This document shows positions 12,760 to 25,339 of a DNA stretch of 64,000 bases, piece by piece. The notes beneath the pieces were generated by a model. It searched no databases, had not been told where the DNA came from, and saw only the letters and a list, made by a program, of their open reading frames with translations. Source of the DNA: Utricularia gibba (Eukaryota; Plantae; Magnoliophyta); contig NEEC01000016.1 in NCBI GenBank assembly GCA_002189035.1, positions 1,984,001 through 2,048,000 of the forward strand. The letters run 5' to 3'. The translations under genes and the position numbers were made by a program. Within the stretch, counting starts at the first letter, position 1. The number at the start of each line of letters is the position of its first letter.

Positions 12760-13760
12760 ACCAAAGCATTGGTCTGAAAACCAAGGTGTGGGCAGGAACC
12801 CAAAAGATGATTAAATCTTTCCTAATATTCGTGCAATGATTCTCCACTCATTTGTTCAACATCACTAATTTCTTTTCTAATACCATCAACCTTGGAAGCT
12901 GGAAAATATTTACTCAAAAACAACTTCTTCATTCTAGCCCAATCAGTTATGGTTCCAGGCCTTAGTGAGTTGAATCACGTTTTGGTTTCCTCCTTCCAAA
13001 GTAAACTGGAAGTCTCTCAAACAAATGGAATCTTCAGTCATTCCAGCTCCCTTGAATGATGTGCATACCGCTGTCACGTTGTCAAGATGCTCATGGGGAT
13101 TTTCTCCAATTTTTCCATAGAACTTGGGCAAAAAATTTACCATCGCTGGTTTCAGCTTGTTTGCTCCATCCTCTGGAAATCTGATGCACAGAGCCCTGTA
13201 AGTATGTTCAACAGCATCTAATTCATTCAAGGTTTTCTCAAGTTCAGCCATTCTGAAATTGGTGTTAGTCTCGAGTGGGAGCTGACTCACTCTTCTCGCT
13301 TCCCTAACTCTTACCCTGTTCTTACTGATAGCTCTCTCAATTTCTGGAAAGAAAGTGAGATTACCTACACCAGAAGAACATAAATGCATCAACTAGAAAC
13401 ACAAAACAATTAAACACCGCTCCCGCCAACGGTACCAATTTGATAAACGGAAATGTTAGCATGTCGTTGCAATATAACCGAATTTCCATATCAAATAAAT
13501 TTATAAGCCCTAATCTACACAAAATACAAATTTAGAAAACTTGTATAGTGGATGTCGAGGTCGATCACAAGGAGCTTGTGCTTGTCATGTATTCCAACAG
13601 ATGCAGAATTCAAAGTAACGGTAAATCTTAGTCTAAGCTCGGACCAACAGTGGTAAACAAGTTCGGCAAACAAGATCAGTAAATAATATCAGGTCTTAAC
13701 GCTAACGTAACAAGTATTGGTTCTAACTCAGAATACAGGAAAGTTTTTGCAAAACATTTT
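12760..13760 (-). mobile_element. Athila-type Ty3/gypsy fragment: partial LTR, PBS and gag N-terminus
   Basis: ORF 12943-13392 reads LKPAMVNFLPKFYGKIGENPHEHL..VCTSFKGAGMTEDSICLRDFQFTL. The PBS-like TGGTACCGTTGGCGGG (~13422-13437, minus) lies 3 nt from an LTR end at 13441. The LTR is homologous to the one at 45863. Confidence 0.85.
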
Positions 13761-13799
13761 CTTCATCCAAAATCATTTTTGAAACCTCTTGACATAATA

Positions 13800-14739
13800 G
13801 TCAAAATCATTTTCTTCTCATATGTTTAGTCTTCGTTTTTTTTTTTCATTAAAAATGTATATCGCCTTTTCCTTCGCAGTATCTCCTCCTCGGTTTCGGA
13901 CTCAGTTTTTATGTCTGGGGGGTATTCCGAAATCAGGGGTTGCTTCTCCGTTCGTGGTGCGGTTTCGGGTGTCCCCTCCTGGGCATGGGAGTTCAGACTT
14001 GAAGGTGTCCTGAAGTCAGCAAGGATTTCCGTTAGGAGGGCCTTCAGTTGTTCCCTGCTGGTGATCATAAGACCAAGGTCTTGTATGTCGGCGCTTCCAT
14101 CCTGAGCCGGGTTGGTAGCTGTGCTATTTTCCGCCATGATCAACACTTAGTGATTGACTCTCGTGGATTTCTCGAGTGGGGTTGTAGATCTGCCCACGGT
14201 GGGCGACAAAAATGTTGTGGGTGAAATCGGTATCCAGTAGGAGGCCGATTTAAGGTGATAGGTGTGATCGGGAATGCCACACTTAGTCACGTTTCTCGCG
14301 GTTGGTTCAATTGAAATAAGAGTGAGAGAAGATTTTTACGTGGAAACCGCCGAAAAGCGAAAAAACCACGGAGCTACCGGAGCTCGCCGGAAAAGGTTTT
14401 CACTAGATAGGGGTGGCGAAGAAGAGGATACAAGTTGAAGAATCCTTTTTTGTCCAACCCGTCTTTCGTCATAATTCCTTCTATTTATAGGAGAGCTCAA
14501 TCTGACCGAACCCTACCATCTGCAAATACCGGTTTCTTTCTACACCTGCTATACGATCTCGCTTTTCAAATATCGGCCGTCTATTATGCCATAATTCGAC
14601 CGCTTTTCAGATTGTGTCATACGGCCATACTTGTCAGATTTCTGACAGATATCAATCTGTTGACTGTCATTATCCCCTCAGAGTCTCTTTTGGCAGCCTT
14701 TTAGGAACGGGTTACCCTTGACCAATTTATCCCCTATCA
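13800..14739 (-). mobile_element. Tat/Retand-type gypsy fragment: complete 527-bp LTR (14213-14739), PBS and truncated 5' internal region
   Basis: Minus-strand LTR TGATAGGGGA...CCCACAACA with an internal TATAAATAG. It is followed by PBS TGTCGCCCACCGTGGGCA (14208-14191), resembling the Tat-type TGGCGCCCACCGTGGGGC. Confidence 0.75.
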
Positions 14740-16134
14740 ATAGAATAGATCTACTTCAAAGCAATGATTAACATCTTCTCATCGTGAATGGACCAATATC
14801 CATGACTCCCATTGCTACCTCCCTCTACCTCCATCCTATTGAAAACATATGCAAAATTTTTTGAAGAAGAAGTTTCTCAAGAAACAAATTACATTATAGC
14901 TAAGATATTTGAAAGAGGAAAGATTTCTCGATAAGTGTATAAATTTTGGTTAAGTGAATGGATAAAATAGATAATTATCATCTCACTTTTGCAAAATTTA
15001 CCTTCTTGGTGAGTTCTCAAAAATAACCAAAACCCAGGCTTAATAAGAAAACTCGGATTTTCAAAATGGGTCATGGGAAAATAATAGTAACTCATCAAAC
15101 AAGGGTTTCTTTTCCAATCCAATCTATACCCAATGAATACCCACATACAAAACACACTCTAAGAGAGTGTGGAAGAATCTCGGATTGACCTCAAGTATCT
15201 AAAGAAAAGAGTTCAATGGAACATCGTTGATAAGATACATTCGATTTAATCTATTTGTAAGAATATGAGGGATAGGGGTTAGAATCCAATGTTGAAAAAG
15301 CATGAATTATCACAAGAGATGAAATAACTCTGGTGGCATGATTAATTCTGTAATCTCACTAAACGAGGCATGTCGCTTGCACAAGTTATTTTAGAATAAC
15401 CATTCTAAAACAAGTTAGTTCCTAAGATATGCGGAGAATATAATTATCACAACGAAAATATAATTATCACAAGGGAGGCATAGATATGCGGAGAATTGAT
15501 TGATATGTAACATTTACTCTTGAATTCGAGAAGATCGATAGATGAATTAGATAAAAAAAAAAAAAACTGGTCTATGCAACTATATTATGAAGAAGTGAGT
15601 TTTAATGTAGAAATCATTGGAAAGAAGGTTATGGAATACAATTCTAGAATATTAACAATATGTTTTATCCTAAAGAACCATATATTATAAGATGCAAACT
15701 TGAACACAAGTCATATAAGCATAAAAAAACTCATTTCATATTTCATTTAGAATTGACACATTCACATAGATATAAGAGAGATCAATTGATGCTTGTGCAA
15801 GCACAGATGAAAAAACAAAACATACTCCCAGCAACTAATTGTTACTGCACTGAAGAAAGAATTGATAACAAATCTTATGACCATCGTAATGATGTTAGAT
15901 ATGAAAAAAATGTGAGGATGAGAAATCAACAATGACAATATATCAATTTTATTCATCATCAAGTTTAGAGGACAAAAGAAACTTAAAGCGATTATGAAGA
16001 TGAAAGGTTTGAAGAAAAATTCATGAGTTTTCACAACAGACTTGTTCATGGGTTTGTACAAGTAGAAAATCAGAGAGATCATGTTAACAATAAACATAAT
16101 ATGAATCATAATTATAGACAATCTCAATACTCAT

Positions 16135-17334
16135 TGATAACACCGTTTTTGTTGTGTTTTTATATATGTTTTTAAGTATGTTTTGTGGGATAAATGTTAA
16201 TTAGTGTGCTAAATTGTCTTCTTTTGCGTATTTAGTATGTTAGAATGTGTTTATTGTGAAAACAGGCTCAATTGGCAACAATTGGGCCGAAAACTCTAAT
16301 ATTTCGTCTAGTCTGTGTTTTAAGTCTTACCCAGGGTAAGAGCTAGTACTGTAGCAGCGCACTTTCCGCGTTGATAAGTCAAAGGAGACAGAAAAGCTGT
16401 ACAAAAGCCATTTTCTGCGAAAGTAGCCGTCCTTCTGAAAAGATGAGATTTGGAGCATAGATCTAACTTCTAGAAGACTGAGGAAAGGACAATACTACCC
16501 TTACTTTTGAGGTGCAAAAGTAAAAAAGGAAGGGAAAGAGAAAAAAAAGAGAGAGTACATTGTGCATGCAGAGTGCACAAACAATGAACAGGAGCGAGCG
16601 GGAGCAAGGAGAACTTTGTTTCTCCGGCGGACGTCTCCTGCGACCTCCAGATCTGCATGTCTACACCACCATTTCAGCCAGAACTTCGATTTCTAACAGA
16701 TCTCCACTCCACAGAAGCATCCTGCAATTTTATTTTCGCATTTTTTGCACTTTCATTTCTGCGAGAACCTGTTATCGTTACTATTTTCGTTTCTATGCTT
16801 TCTGCTGCTTTTCGGTACCTTCCTGTGAACGGGAAACTCGTTGTAGACCTTGCCTTAGTTTATAAACATGTTTCTGTTTAAGCTTTTCACGTTTGCTTTT
16901 AAGCTTAATATGCCATTTATTGTTCCTGCGCACGCATACTTTGTTTTTGCACTCTTACTCTGTTTTTAAGTTGGGTTTAAGCCTATGGACTCTCTTGAGT
17001 GACACAAGAGTCAGACCCTAGTGTAAAACCCAACTAAATTACTTTTATTTTATGTTAATTTCAGTCCCTTTTCATTTCTGCAACTCGTTCCTTTCAGTCA
17101 CTGTTATTTTAGATCTTAACTGCATTAGAACTAAACCACATAAAACTCCCTGTTTTCAGTAAATGCAATGAACTTCAAGAAATTACAATTATTCCCTGTG
17201 GATTCGATCCTTGCTTGCCACGCTACATTTATTCCTGTGATTTGTGTAGTAGAATAACTAGGTTTATAAATTTATTTTGATGCGTTGAATGTGTTAAATT
17301 GCGACATTTAGCAAATTCATTCCAACGTTCATCA
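16135..17334 (+). mobile_element. Solo LTR, Athila-like (1200 bp)
   Basis: TGATAAC...TTCATCA termini; flanks ctcat/gtcat (4/5 TSD match); ccctgtggattcgatcc motif near the 3' end. Confidence 0.85.
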
Positions 17335-17948
17335 GTCATCTTTTAAAATTATGATAAGTCAATTCATTGAGATGAATAAAGAATTATTTGGAATAAACGG
17401 ATAAGGACCACATCAAGAGTATTTAATTATCTATTTTAATTGGTAAGAAAGAAAAAAGAAACAACAATCACCCTTTAAATAAACAAAACACTTGGTGGGC
17501 GTGAGAATAAATGCGTGGTTGTAATATTATATTATTTTAAAATTATCGTGGCTGTGCGTGCGTTGCGTTGGAGGGTTGGGTCCTGGCGTCAGGACAGGCG
17601 CCGACCCACACGTCCCATTCAATGCTTCCGTCCTTTTGTACTCCACATTTATTTATATATGTATAATTATTTGGTTTGGGCTGATTTAATTATCTGGAGG
17701 CTCAATGTACCTTATCCAAGCCCAATGTCCAAAAGCCCTGGGCTCAGCCCTGCTGCTGTAGTAGTGGGGTGTGATTGCACGCCGTTGGGATGGACCGGGC
17801 AGCTTGACGTCCAATCCTTCGTCGGCAGTGCCAGCCGTCCCGGAGTTTTGTTTGACGGCCGCCGCCATTCTCGTCCCGCTCCGCCGTGTCAAGTGTAAAC
17901 ACAATTAATTGAAACAAGAGGAGGTATTAGTAGTAATGAAACATTTGC

Positions 17949-17966
17949 TGTGTGTGTGTGTGTGTG
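17949..17966 (+). repeat. (TG)9 microsatellite
   Basis: Direct reading. Confidence 0.95.
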
Positions 17967-18069
17967 AGCTGGCTGGATTTAATGGTAAAATTAGCACGCT
18001 TTTGCCCTGCACAGAAAAAGCGCTGAGTGAAAGAGGATTTTTCTCCTCGGACAGGCGAGCGAGCGTGTC

Positions 18070-18077
18070 TATATAAA
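18070..18077 (+). promoter_or_regulatory. Putative TATA box of the DAK gene
   Basis: TATATAAA about 130 nt upstream of the ATG at 18204. Confidence 0.6.
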
Positions 18078-18203
18078 CCTGGGTCGGGAACAATTGGTTC
18101 TAGCTTCCTGCGTAACCCTCCTCAACAATTGTCTGAGAAGGGTTTGGGCTTTCTCTGATGCAGCTTTAGATTGATTTCGCCCAAGTTTCCACCGCATTTG
18201 CCA

Positions 18204-21200
18204 ATGGATTACGGGAGCAAGAAACTCATCAACGATCCCAACGGTTTCCTTAATACTAACTCCTGACTCTGCATTTCCGAATATTTTTCTGCTGATATTT
18301 TTGCTTGACGTCTGATTCCTTCACCTGATTCTGCTGCGTGGGGATTTTTTCTGACTCGTACTGATTTTGAAATTTCCTCTTCTTTGCGCTGCTTTTTCCT
18401 GCGGAGTTGGATGATATGTGCCGGATTTGTTTCTCTCGGTCTGCATATAGTATTTTTTTAAATGTGCATTAGGCGAATACTTATCGTGCATGAGTATTTC
18501 CATGCCGGTAGAAGATTTGAGTTCGGTTTGTGATTGCTGTGAATCTGGTCGCAGACGTCGTGACGGAGTTCATAGAGGGTTTGGTGGAAACTTATCCTGG
18601 CTTGCAGTACTTGGATGGGTTCCCTGGGGTAAATATTACTTTAGCATCATTCTTCATTGCTTCTTTCACCGTCAAATTTGCTGATGGCATACTTTGATTG
18701 GTTTCATGGGGTTACACGAATTGTGTTATGAAGACCAAGGTCGTGTTGCGTGCTGATGTTTCTGGTTCTACATATAATAAAGTTGCTGTTATATCAGGTT
18801 TGATTAATAAATATTTTTACCTTTATTTCTCTAGTTTATGTACTTTATTTTCACGTGATTTTAGCTCACGCAATGTTTACAACTGAAAGGGAAGATGTTG
18901 GCATGGTGGGATTGTTTAGTATGCATCTTGTTTACATCGTGTGATAGTCTTTCTAGATATTAAGCATTCTTTCATCTACTTCTACTCGACTGTATTCTGG
19001 ACAATTGGTATAGGTAACATCTCTTTTTTTTTTTCTTTCCTGAGATTCTTATAACTGAAGATGTCACCATTTATGGTCTTGTTCCTCTAACTGTCTTACC
19101 GATAGATAATTGTGGTTTAGTTTTGAGATAGGGAAATTTCTTAGCCTAATTGAATGTTTTCAAAATTTATTATAATGGGCAAGTGTGAATCTGTAATCGC
19201 CTAAAATGGAAAAAGATTTGAACACGTAGGAGGAGGAAGTGGTCATGAGCCTGCACATGCTGGATTTGTTGGGGAAGGCATGTTGACTGCTGCAGTTTGT
19301 GGGGATGTTTTTGCCTCTCCAACTGTCGACTCGATTCTTGCTGTATGGATGCATCCTTTTATCAACTTCAACCAATTTCATGTTTTCCTTCTTCATGCAA
19401 TGTTTTTTCAGGCAATTCGAGCTGTTACTGGTAATCCAGGATGCCTCTTGATTGTCAAGGTATTTCTGTGGTGGTATTACCAAGTTTACTTGCCTCTAGT
19501 GTTACACCGCACTTCTCTTTCATTCTAAGTAAGTGGTATGGGGACATCACCTCATTTTCGTGCATTTTCATGTCTGATGCTTTTTCGTTGAGACAATGAT
19601 GTTTAGTTTACCCTTTTTACCGATGTTTTTTTACACCATCTTGATAGAAAAAAGTATAATTCTGTCCTATTGTCTTTGTATTTTATCGTTTCTTTGTCAC
19701 AGAACTACACAGGTGACCGCTTAAATTTTGGTTTGGCAGCTGAGCAAGCAAAATCTGAGGGCTATAAAGTGGAGGTATTCCTTAGAAAAATATTTTGGTC
19801 GTAGATTTTCCATTAATTTATGAAAAAACGCTCGACAATTCTGTTGCACAGATGGTAATTGTGGTGATGACTGTGCGTTACCACCTCCTAGAGGTATTGC
19901 TGGAAGGCGAGGATTAGCTGGAACCATTCTTGTGCATAAGGTTGATTAAGCTCGTTCACTGATCTTTGACACTGCTTGGAATGATCTGGCATGTTCACTA
20001 AGCATACTTGTAATTACAGGTGGCAGGTGCAGCTGCAGATTCTGGACTCTCTTTAGCAGAGGTTGCTGGCGAAGCCAAACATGCGTCAGAGGTCATTGGG
20101 ACCATGGGTGTCGCTTTGTCTGTTTGCACTTTGCCGGGTCAAGTGACGTCAGATCGTTTAGGGCCTGGAAAGATGGAGCTTGGTCTTGGCATTGTAAGAT
20201 AGTAATTTACTGTAAATGTCACGCTGAAGTTGTTGCCAGAGTTTTACTTTTACTCCTGTCTGAAGAAACAATCTATTCTTGAGATGTTTAATGATCTCCC
20301 AAGATGCATGTGGTGTGTACTGGTGAGTACCCAAGTGATCTATACTCACTTGATGTCTTTCAGCATGGAGAACCTGGTGCTGCGATGGCTGACATTCAAC
20401 CCGTGGATGTTATCGTGTCCCATGTTCTCAAGCAAATCCTATCCACGGTAACTTGGTTTTAGTACCCAGTCAAGCTTAAGCTATGAAAGTGATGTCCTGT
20501 AGGTTATATCTTCTTCGTTCTTTCTTTTTCATTTGCAAAAGACTGTTACGCTGCTTCTAACTTCTCGTCTTTCTCTAGGAGACAAATTATGTTTCAATAC
20601 CACGTGGGAGTAGTACTGTTCTAATGATTAATGGGTAAGTATGTAGAGCTTGTTAGCCTTCTTGCTAATTCTCCAGGTATGCATGCATTATTTCATCTGT
20701 TTGTAACTCTGTTTCTATTCTGTGCAGTCTGGGTGCCACCCCTCTCATGGAACTGATGATTATAGCTGGTAAAGCAGTACCTACACTGCAGCTCAAGCAT
20801 GGACTTTCTGTTGAAAGAGTGTACACCGGTTCATTTATGACATCACTTGATATGGCAGGTCAAGTGTTTATTTTAGAAACTTTTACCGAGCAAAAGAAAG
20901 TCCCTATTTATATATATGTTGTGTTGCAGGATTTTCAGTCACTGTGATGAAGGCTGATGAAACAATTTTGAAGTATCTGGATGCCTCAACCAAAGCTCCT
21001 AATTGGCCTGTGGGTGCTGATCGTAAGTATTTTATTTGTATGTGCATTTCGGGCCCATATTTGAGTTCCCTAATTGATATTCCTATCTTGTATGTTTTAT
21101 CTATTATTTTGAGTTTCTACGCATTTGTTCTCAGGCAATCGTCCACCAGCCAAAATCCCTGTTCCTCTTCTACCCCCCTGTTGAACAAGACTAATGAGGT

Positions 21201-22845
21201 TTCTAGTATTTCCAGATTTTCTTACATTTGCAATGAGAAAGAACAGGACATACAAATTATTACTGAGCAAAGCATGACATTATGTCTATTGAAGTGTCAA
21301 CGCTACGTTAGGCAATCAAAAATGTGTTGATGTTGACTCTTTTTTCTTTCTCGCAATTCTTTTTACTGCATTAAATTAAAGTGTCAGCCTCATCATCTTA
21401 CTCACACCTGCATGGGGATGAATAATATTCCATGAGGAAAATATTATGCATTAGCGGGGTTTTTTTAAAAAAAATCTGTTCCGTATTATAGAACAAAAGG
21501 TGATCTTTATCTTTGGGTATTCTTGATGCGACTCAGTCGATTTTTGGATGATATATTTCCCTCATGATTCCTTCTGCCATGGTTGCTTCAGAAGTTAGGC
21601 CGGCCGGAGGAACTAAGCCCTCTAGGGCAAGTTCTTGAAATAGCAATTGAAGAAGCTGCAACTGCGGTGATCAATCTCACGGACCTTTTGAATGAATGGG
21701 ACAGCAAAGTCGGTGATGGAGACTGTGGCTCAACTGTCAGACTACTATTGCCTCTTCTGATTCACTCAACTTCATATTTCACGGTATGTCTAATCTGTAT
21801 TCTATATTGTAGATGTCCAAGGGTGCCACGACCATTCTTCAAGACTTGAAAACCTGGTACCTCTTATTTTGAATTATAGTGTTCATATAAAAACACGTTA
21901 TGCACTTTTACACTCAGGCACTAGCTATGACTTTGCTCCTCGTCTAGTATATCACTACAGTATAAATTTGACAAGAGACTCCTATACTTTCCGGTTTCCA
22001 AATTTACTGTTGTTCGTGATTGGCTGCTTCCCCAGTTACCCCCTCAATGATCCTGCTGAAACCGCATACGAAATCGGATGTTCCATTAGGAAGGTAATGG
22101 GAGGAACAAGTGGGATCATGTAAGTGACTCCTCCTGTATTATAAGTACTTTGATCTTTGTGACTCACCACCTCAAGATTTGTTTTCCTTTAATGAATCAG
22201 ATACGACATTTTCTTCAAGGCAGCATATGCACATTTGAAGCCAAGTTCTCACCCAGATGTAACACCGCTGCAGTGTAAGACAACTTCCTATTGTACATTC
22301 TCAGATGTAATATCCAGTCGATGAGCTGAATGCTTGTGAATTTAGGGGCTGGAGCTCTTGAAGCTGCTATTGATGCAGTCAGCAAATACGGAGGCGCCAA
22401 AGCTGGATACCGTACACTGTTGGATGCCCTCATTCCTGCATCTTCTGTCCTTAATGAGGTCTGCAGTTACTATTCCCTTCGATGCGCTAGTTCTATGTAC
22501 TTAACTGCCGGTTTTGGAATAGAAACTGGCGGCTGGAGAAGATCCCTTGGTGGCATTCGCTCTTTCTGCAGAAGCAGCACTAGCGGGTGCGGAGTCGACT
22601 AAGAAAATGCCGGCCCAGGTAATTAATCTATGTCGTTTTTGTGCCCATGAACCCGTGCACTCTTTGGTTCATGAACATTTTCGATGTGTGTGTGTGCGCG
22701 TGTGTGGATGATAATGCAGGCAGGCAGATCATCATACGTCTCCGCTGATATTCTAGCGACAGTCCCGGACCCGGGTGCCATGGCCGTGGCCTCCTGGTAT
22801 GGAGCCGCAGCTTCAGCTGTTAAGAAAAAGCAGCAGGTGTTTTGA
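18204..22845 (+). CDS. DAK: Dihydroxyacetone kinase/triokinase (DAK1-DAK2 fusion, DHBK-like), 20 exons; two frameshifts as assembled
   Basis: [37 protein letters not shown]...[19 protein letters not shown]...[10 protein letters not shown]...[10 protein letters not shown]...GYRTLLDAL...AGRSSYV...PDPGAMAVA...QQVF*. All junctions are GT-AG. Exons 19852-19940 and 21135-21198 are each 1 nt short. Confidence 0.95.
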
Positions 22846-23568
22846 CGAGTCGCTGCTGCCACACCACGCACGCTTGCTTAACCCATCACCCCCCCGCGTT
22901 CGTTTTTTGTTGTCGGGGATGAGATTTCTGTGCCCGAAGCTGCTTTCCGCTTGTGCTTTTAGTGCATAAAGCCGTGAGAGTGTTGACATCTTTAACTCAC
23001 CGATTGAACCCCCAAAGAGGGAAATTCTACCGGACAGCGTGCTTCGTATGCGCCCATTTTGCCGCAACGCCATCATTCGATGCACGATGCTCCGAACAGG
23101 AAGCCACGAGTTTGTCGTAGAGTAGAATCACGATTTTCAGTCCTGGGTAAACGACAGCATGGGTTATCACTAATACCTAGAGAAAAGAGTGTAATAGTAT
23201 GATCTAAGGTGGATTGAGGACAAAACTTGGAGGGAATGTTTATGTAAGATAAGTAATAGAGTTTGTTTTTTAAATGTAATAAGGTTTGAAGGGCATCATC
23301 TTAATTTGTCCGGATGCATGGCCCCACACTCCTCATCCCCACTTTTGATCTCCATAGATCACGTTACTGCACCAGCGCCAGCTGAGGAAGAAAGAAACTG
23401 GAGATTGAGGAGAAAAATGGTGGTTTCTTGCTTCCTCTTCCGGATAGAATAAAGGAAAAGAAATGCACAAGAGCTCACAACTACTCCTCCTTTTGCCAAA
23501 AGAAGAAGAGCTTTTCTTCGGTTCCTTCTTTCCATTGAGCTTCTTCAGTTGGCACTAGGCTTCCTCCG

Positions 23569-25339
23569 ATGATGTTGAACGCTAACGATTCACAGCTTCT
23601 ACAATTGCCTTCATCCAACAACGATGGAGGTAAGAAGAAGCGGTTACCTGCAGGAACCCCAGGTGAGAAACAAAACAAAGAAATGTTTGGTTGATCTCTC
23701 GAGTGGTTGGCAGATCCTTTGATCTCAGTAGGGTTTGTTTCCTCATGGCAGATCCAGAAGCCGAAGTAGTGTCGCTTTCTCCAAAAACCCTCCTTGAAAC
23801 GGATCGTTTCGTGTGCGAGATCTGCAACCAGGGTTTCCAAAGAGACCAAAATCTTCAGATGCACCGGCGACGACACAAGGTGCCGTCCAAGTCATCATTT
23901 TCCGAAGAGGAACATTCCTTTTTTTATTTTTCTCTCCCATTACTCTTCCTCAACGTTGTATAGGTGCCATGGAAGCTGGCGAAACGGGATAATGCGACTC
24001 CGAAGAGGCGTGTCTACGTGTGTCCGGAGCCGAGCTGCCTTCACCACGACGCCGGACACGCGCTCGGAGACCTTGTCGGGATCAAGAAGCATTACAGGAG
24101 GAAACATAGCAACCAGAAGCAATGGGTCTGCTACAAATGCTCCAAGGGATACGCCGTGCAGTCCGATTACAAAGCGCATCTGAAGACGTGTGGGACACGG
24201 GGTCACTCCTGCGACTGCGGCCGTGTCTTCTCCAGGTCCTCTTTTCTTCTTCTTCTTTCTTTTCCTTTTTATGGTACTTGGTTTTGAGTGTGCGTTTCTT
24301 CGTGTTTCGATGAGGGTGTGTGCGTCAAATCATTTTCAGAGGAAAAAGCAGTGGCAGTACATTTATGCGCCACTGCAACAAAGCTTCTGTTCGGCTTTGA
24401 CTCTACGACAGCCCATACCTAGTCTCTTATTCTCAAGAGTTTATGGGATTTTTCTTGCCATAAAACATCTATACAATATCGAAATTGTGTACATAGTAGT
24501 TGCTTTGATCTACCGGAATGTCATCGGATCTAAGAACAAAACAAGAACCCTTTCCATGAAAATATTAAATACTTGTCACCCTTGCAACGATCTGTCTAAT
24601 GGTATATGCTTGCGGGTTGTCTTTGCTTGATAGGGTGGAGAGCTTCATTGAACATCAGGATGTCTGCAACATTCGTCTCCGATCATTGCGGCCACCACCA
24701 CAAACGCATCGGCTTCTTTCCGTTTCAGGCCCTATCTCCACCGGAGTATCCGCCACCGATTTCCTCACTCGACCACAGCCAAAAGAGCCCGTGTTCCTTA
24801 ACCCACCAGCCATTTCCAGAGCAAAACTAAATTTGGAGCTCCAGCTTCTCACTACTGAAAATGAAGTCATTAAAAAACCCTACAACCGGGAAGACTCATC
24901 CACTACCCTACTCCACCTCTCCATCGGCTCACCATCTGCATCCACCGTTGATCCACAGAGCCTGAGACTGAAGGAGCACTCCGAGAAACAGCTGAAGCAA
25001 GCCATGGCTGATAAGGCTCACGCGGCGGAGGCACGGTGGCAGGCCCATCGGCAGGTTCAGCTGGCGGAGCAAGAGTTAAGCGACGCGAAGCGAATCCGGC
25101 AGCAAGCGGCCGCGGAGTTGATGAAAGCTCAAGTACTGAAAGAAGTTGCAGCAAGTAAGCCGATCAATCCCTTCACGCTCCACCTCACTTGTGACTCTTG
25201 CAGCCGGAAGAGGTTGCAGCAAGGCTCGAGCGCTCCCGTTCAGGCTGAGGCCTCATCATCCTATGAAAGCTCCCTAATGCCAAGGCACTCAATAGCCGAG
25301 ATGAAGGGATGGGAGATGAAGAAGGGCTTCCACGAGTAA
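23569..25339 (+). CDS. INDETERMINATE DOMAIN C2H2 zinc-finger transcription factor, SGR5/IDD14-16 clade, 4 exons
   Basis: Exons 23569-23662, ~23753-23879, 23964-24235 and 24634-25339. Protein contains PAGTPDPEAEVVSLSPKTLLETDRFVCEICNQGFQRDQNLQMHRRRHKVPWKL...HLKTCGTRGHSCDCGRVFSRVESFIEHQD, a coiled coil (ARWQAHRQVQLAEQELSDAKRIRQQA) and a LTCDSC motif. Confidence 0.95.

Noticed and set aside
15762-16127. 121-aa hydrophobic ORF on the minus strand
   Set aside because: The composition is what a T-rich strand produces in a repeat region; no recognisable motif.
17195-17225. gtggattcgatcc resembling a tRNA T-arm
   Set aside because: It lies within the Athila-like LTR end motif and no cloverleaf can be built.
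18081-18091. ggtcgggaac resembling the 3' end of miR168
   Set aside because: Only a 10-nt match, with no hairpin or star sequence.
18244-18554. DAK intron 1 donor GTTTCCTT resembling a U12 site
   Set aside because: Mismatch at +3 and no TCCTTAAC-type branch point near the acceptor.
22813-23085. 90-aa minus-strand ORF overlapping the DAK 3' end
   Set aside because: No recognisable homology; consistent with a chance ORF in a GC-richer UTR.
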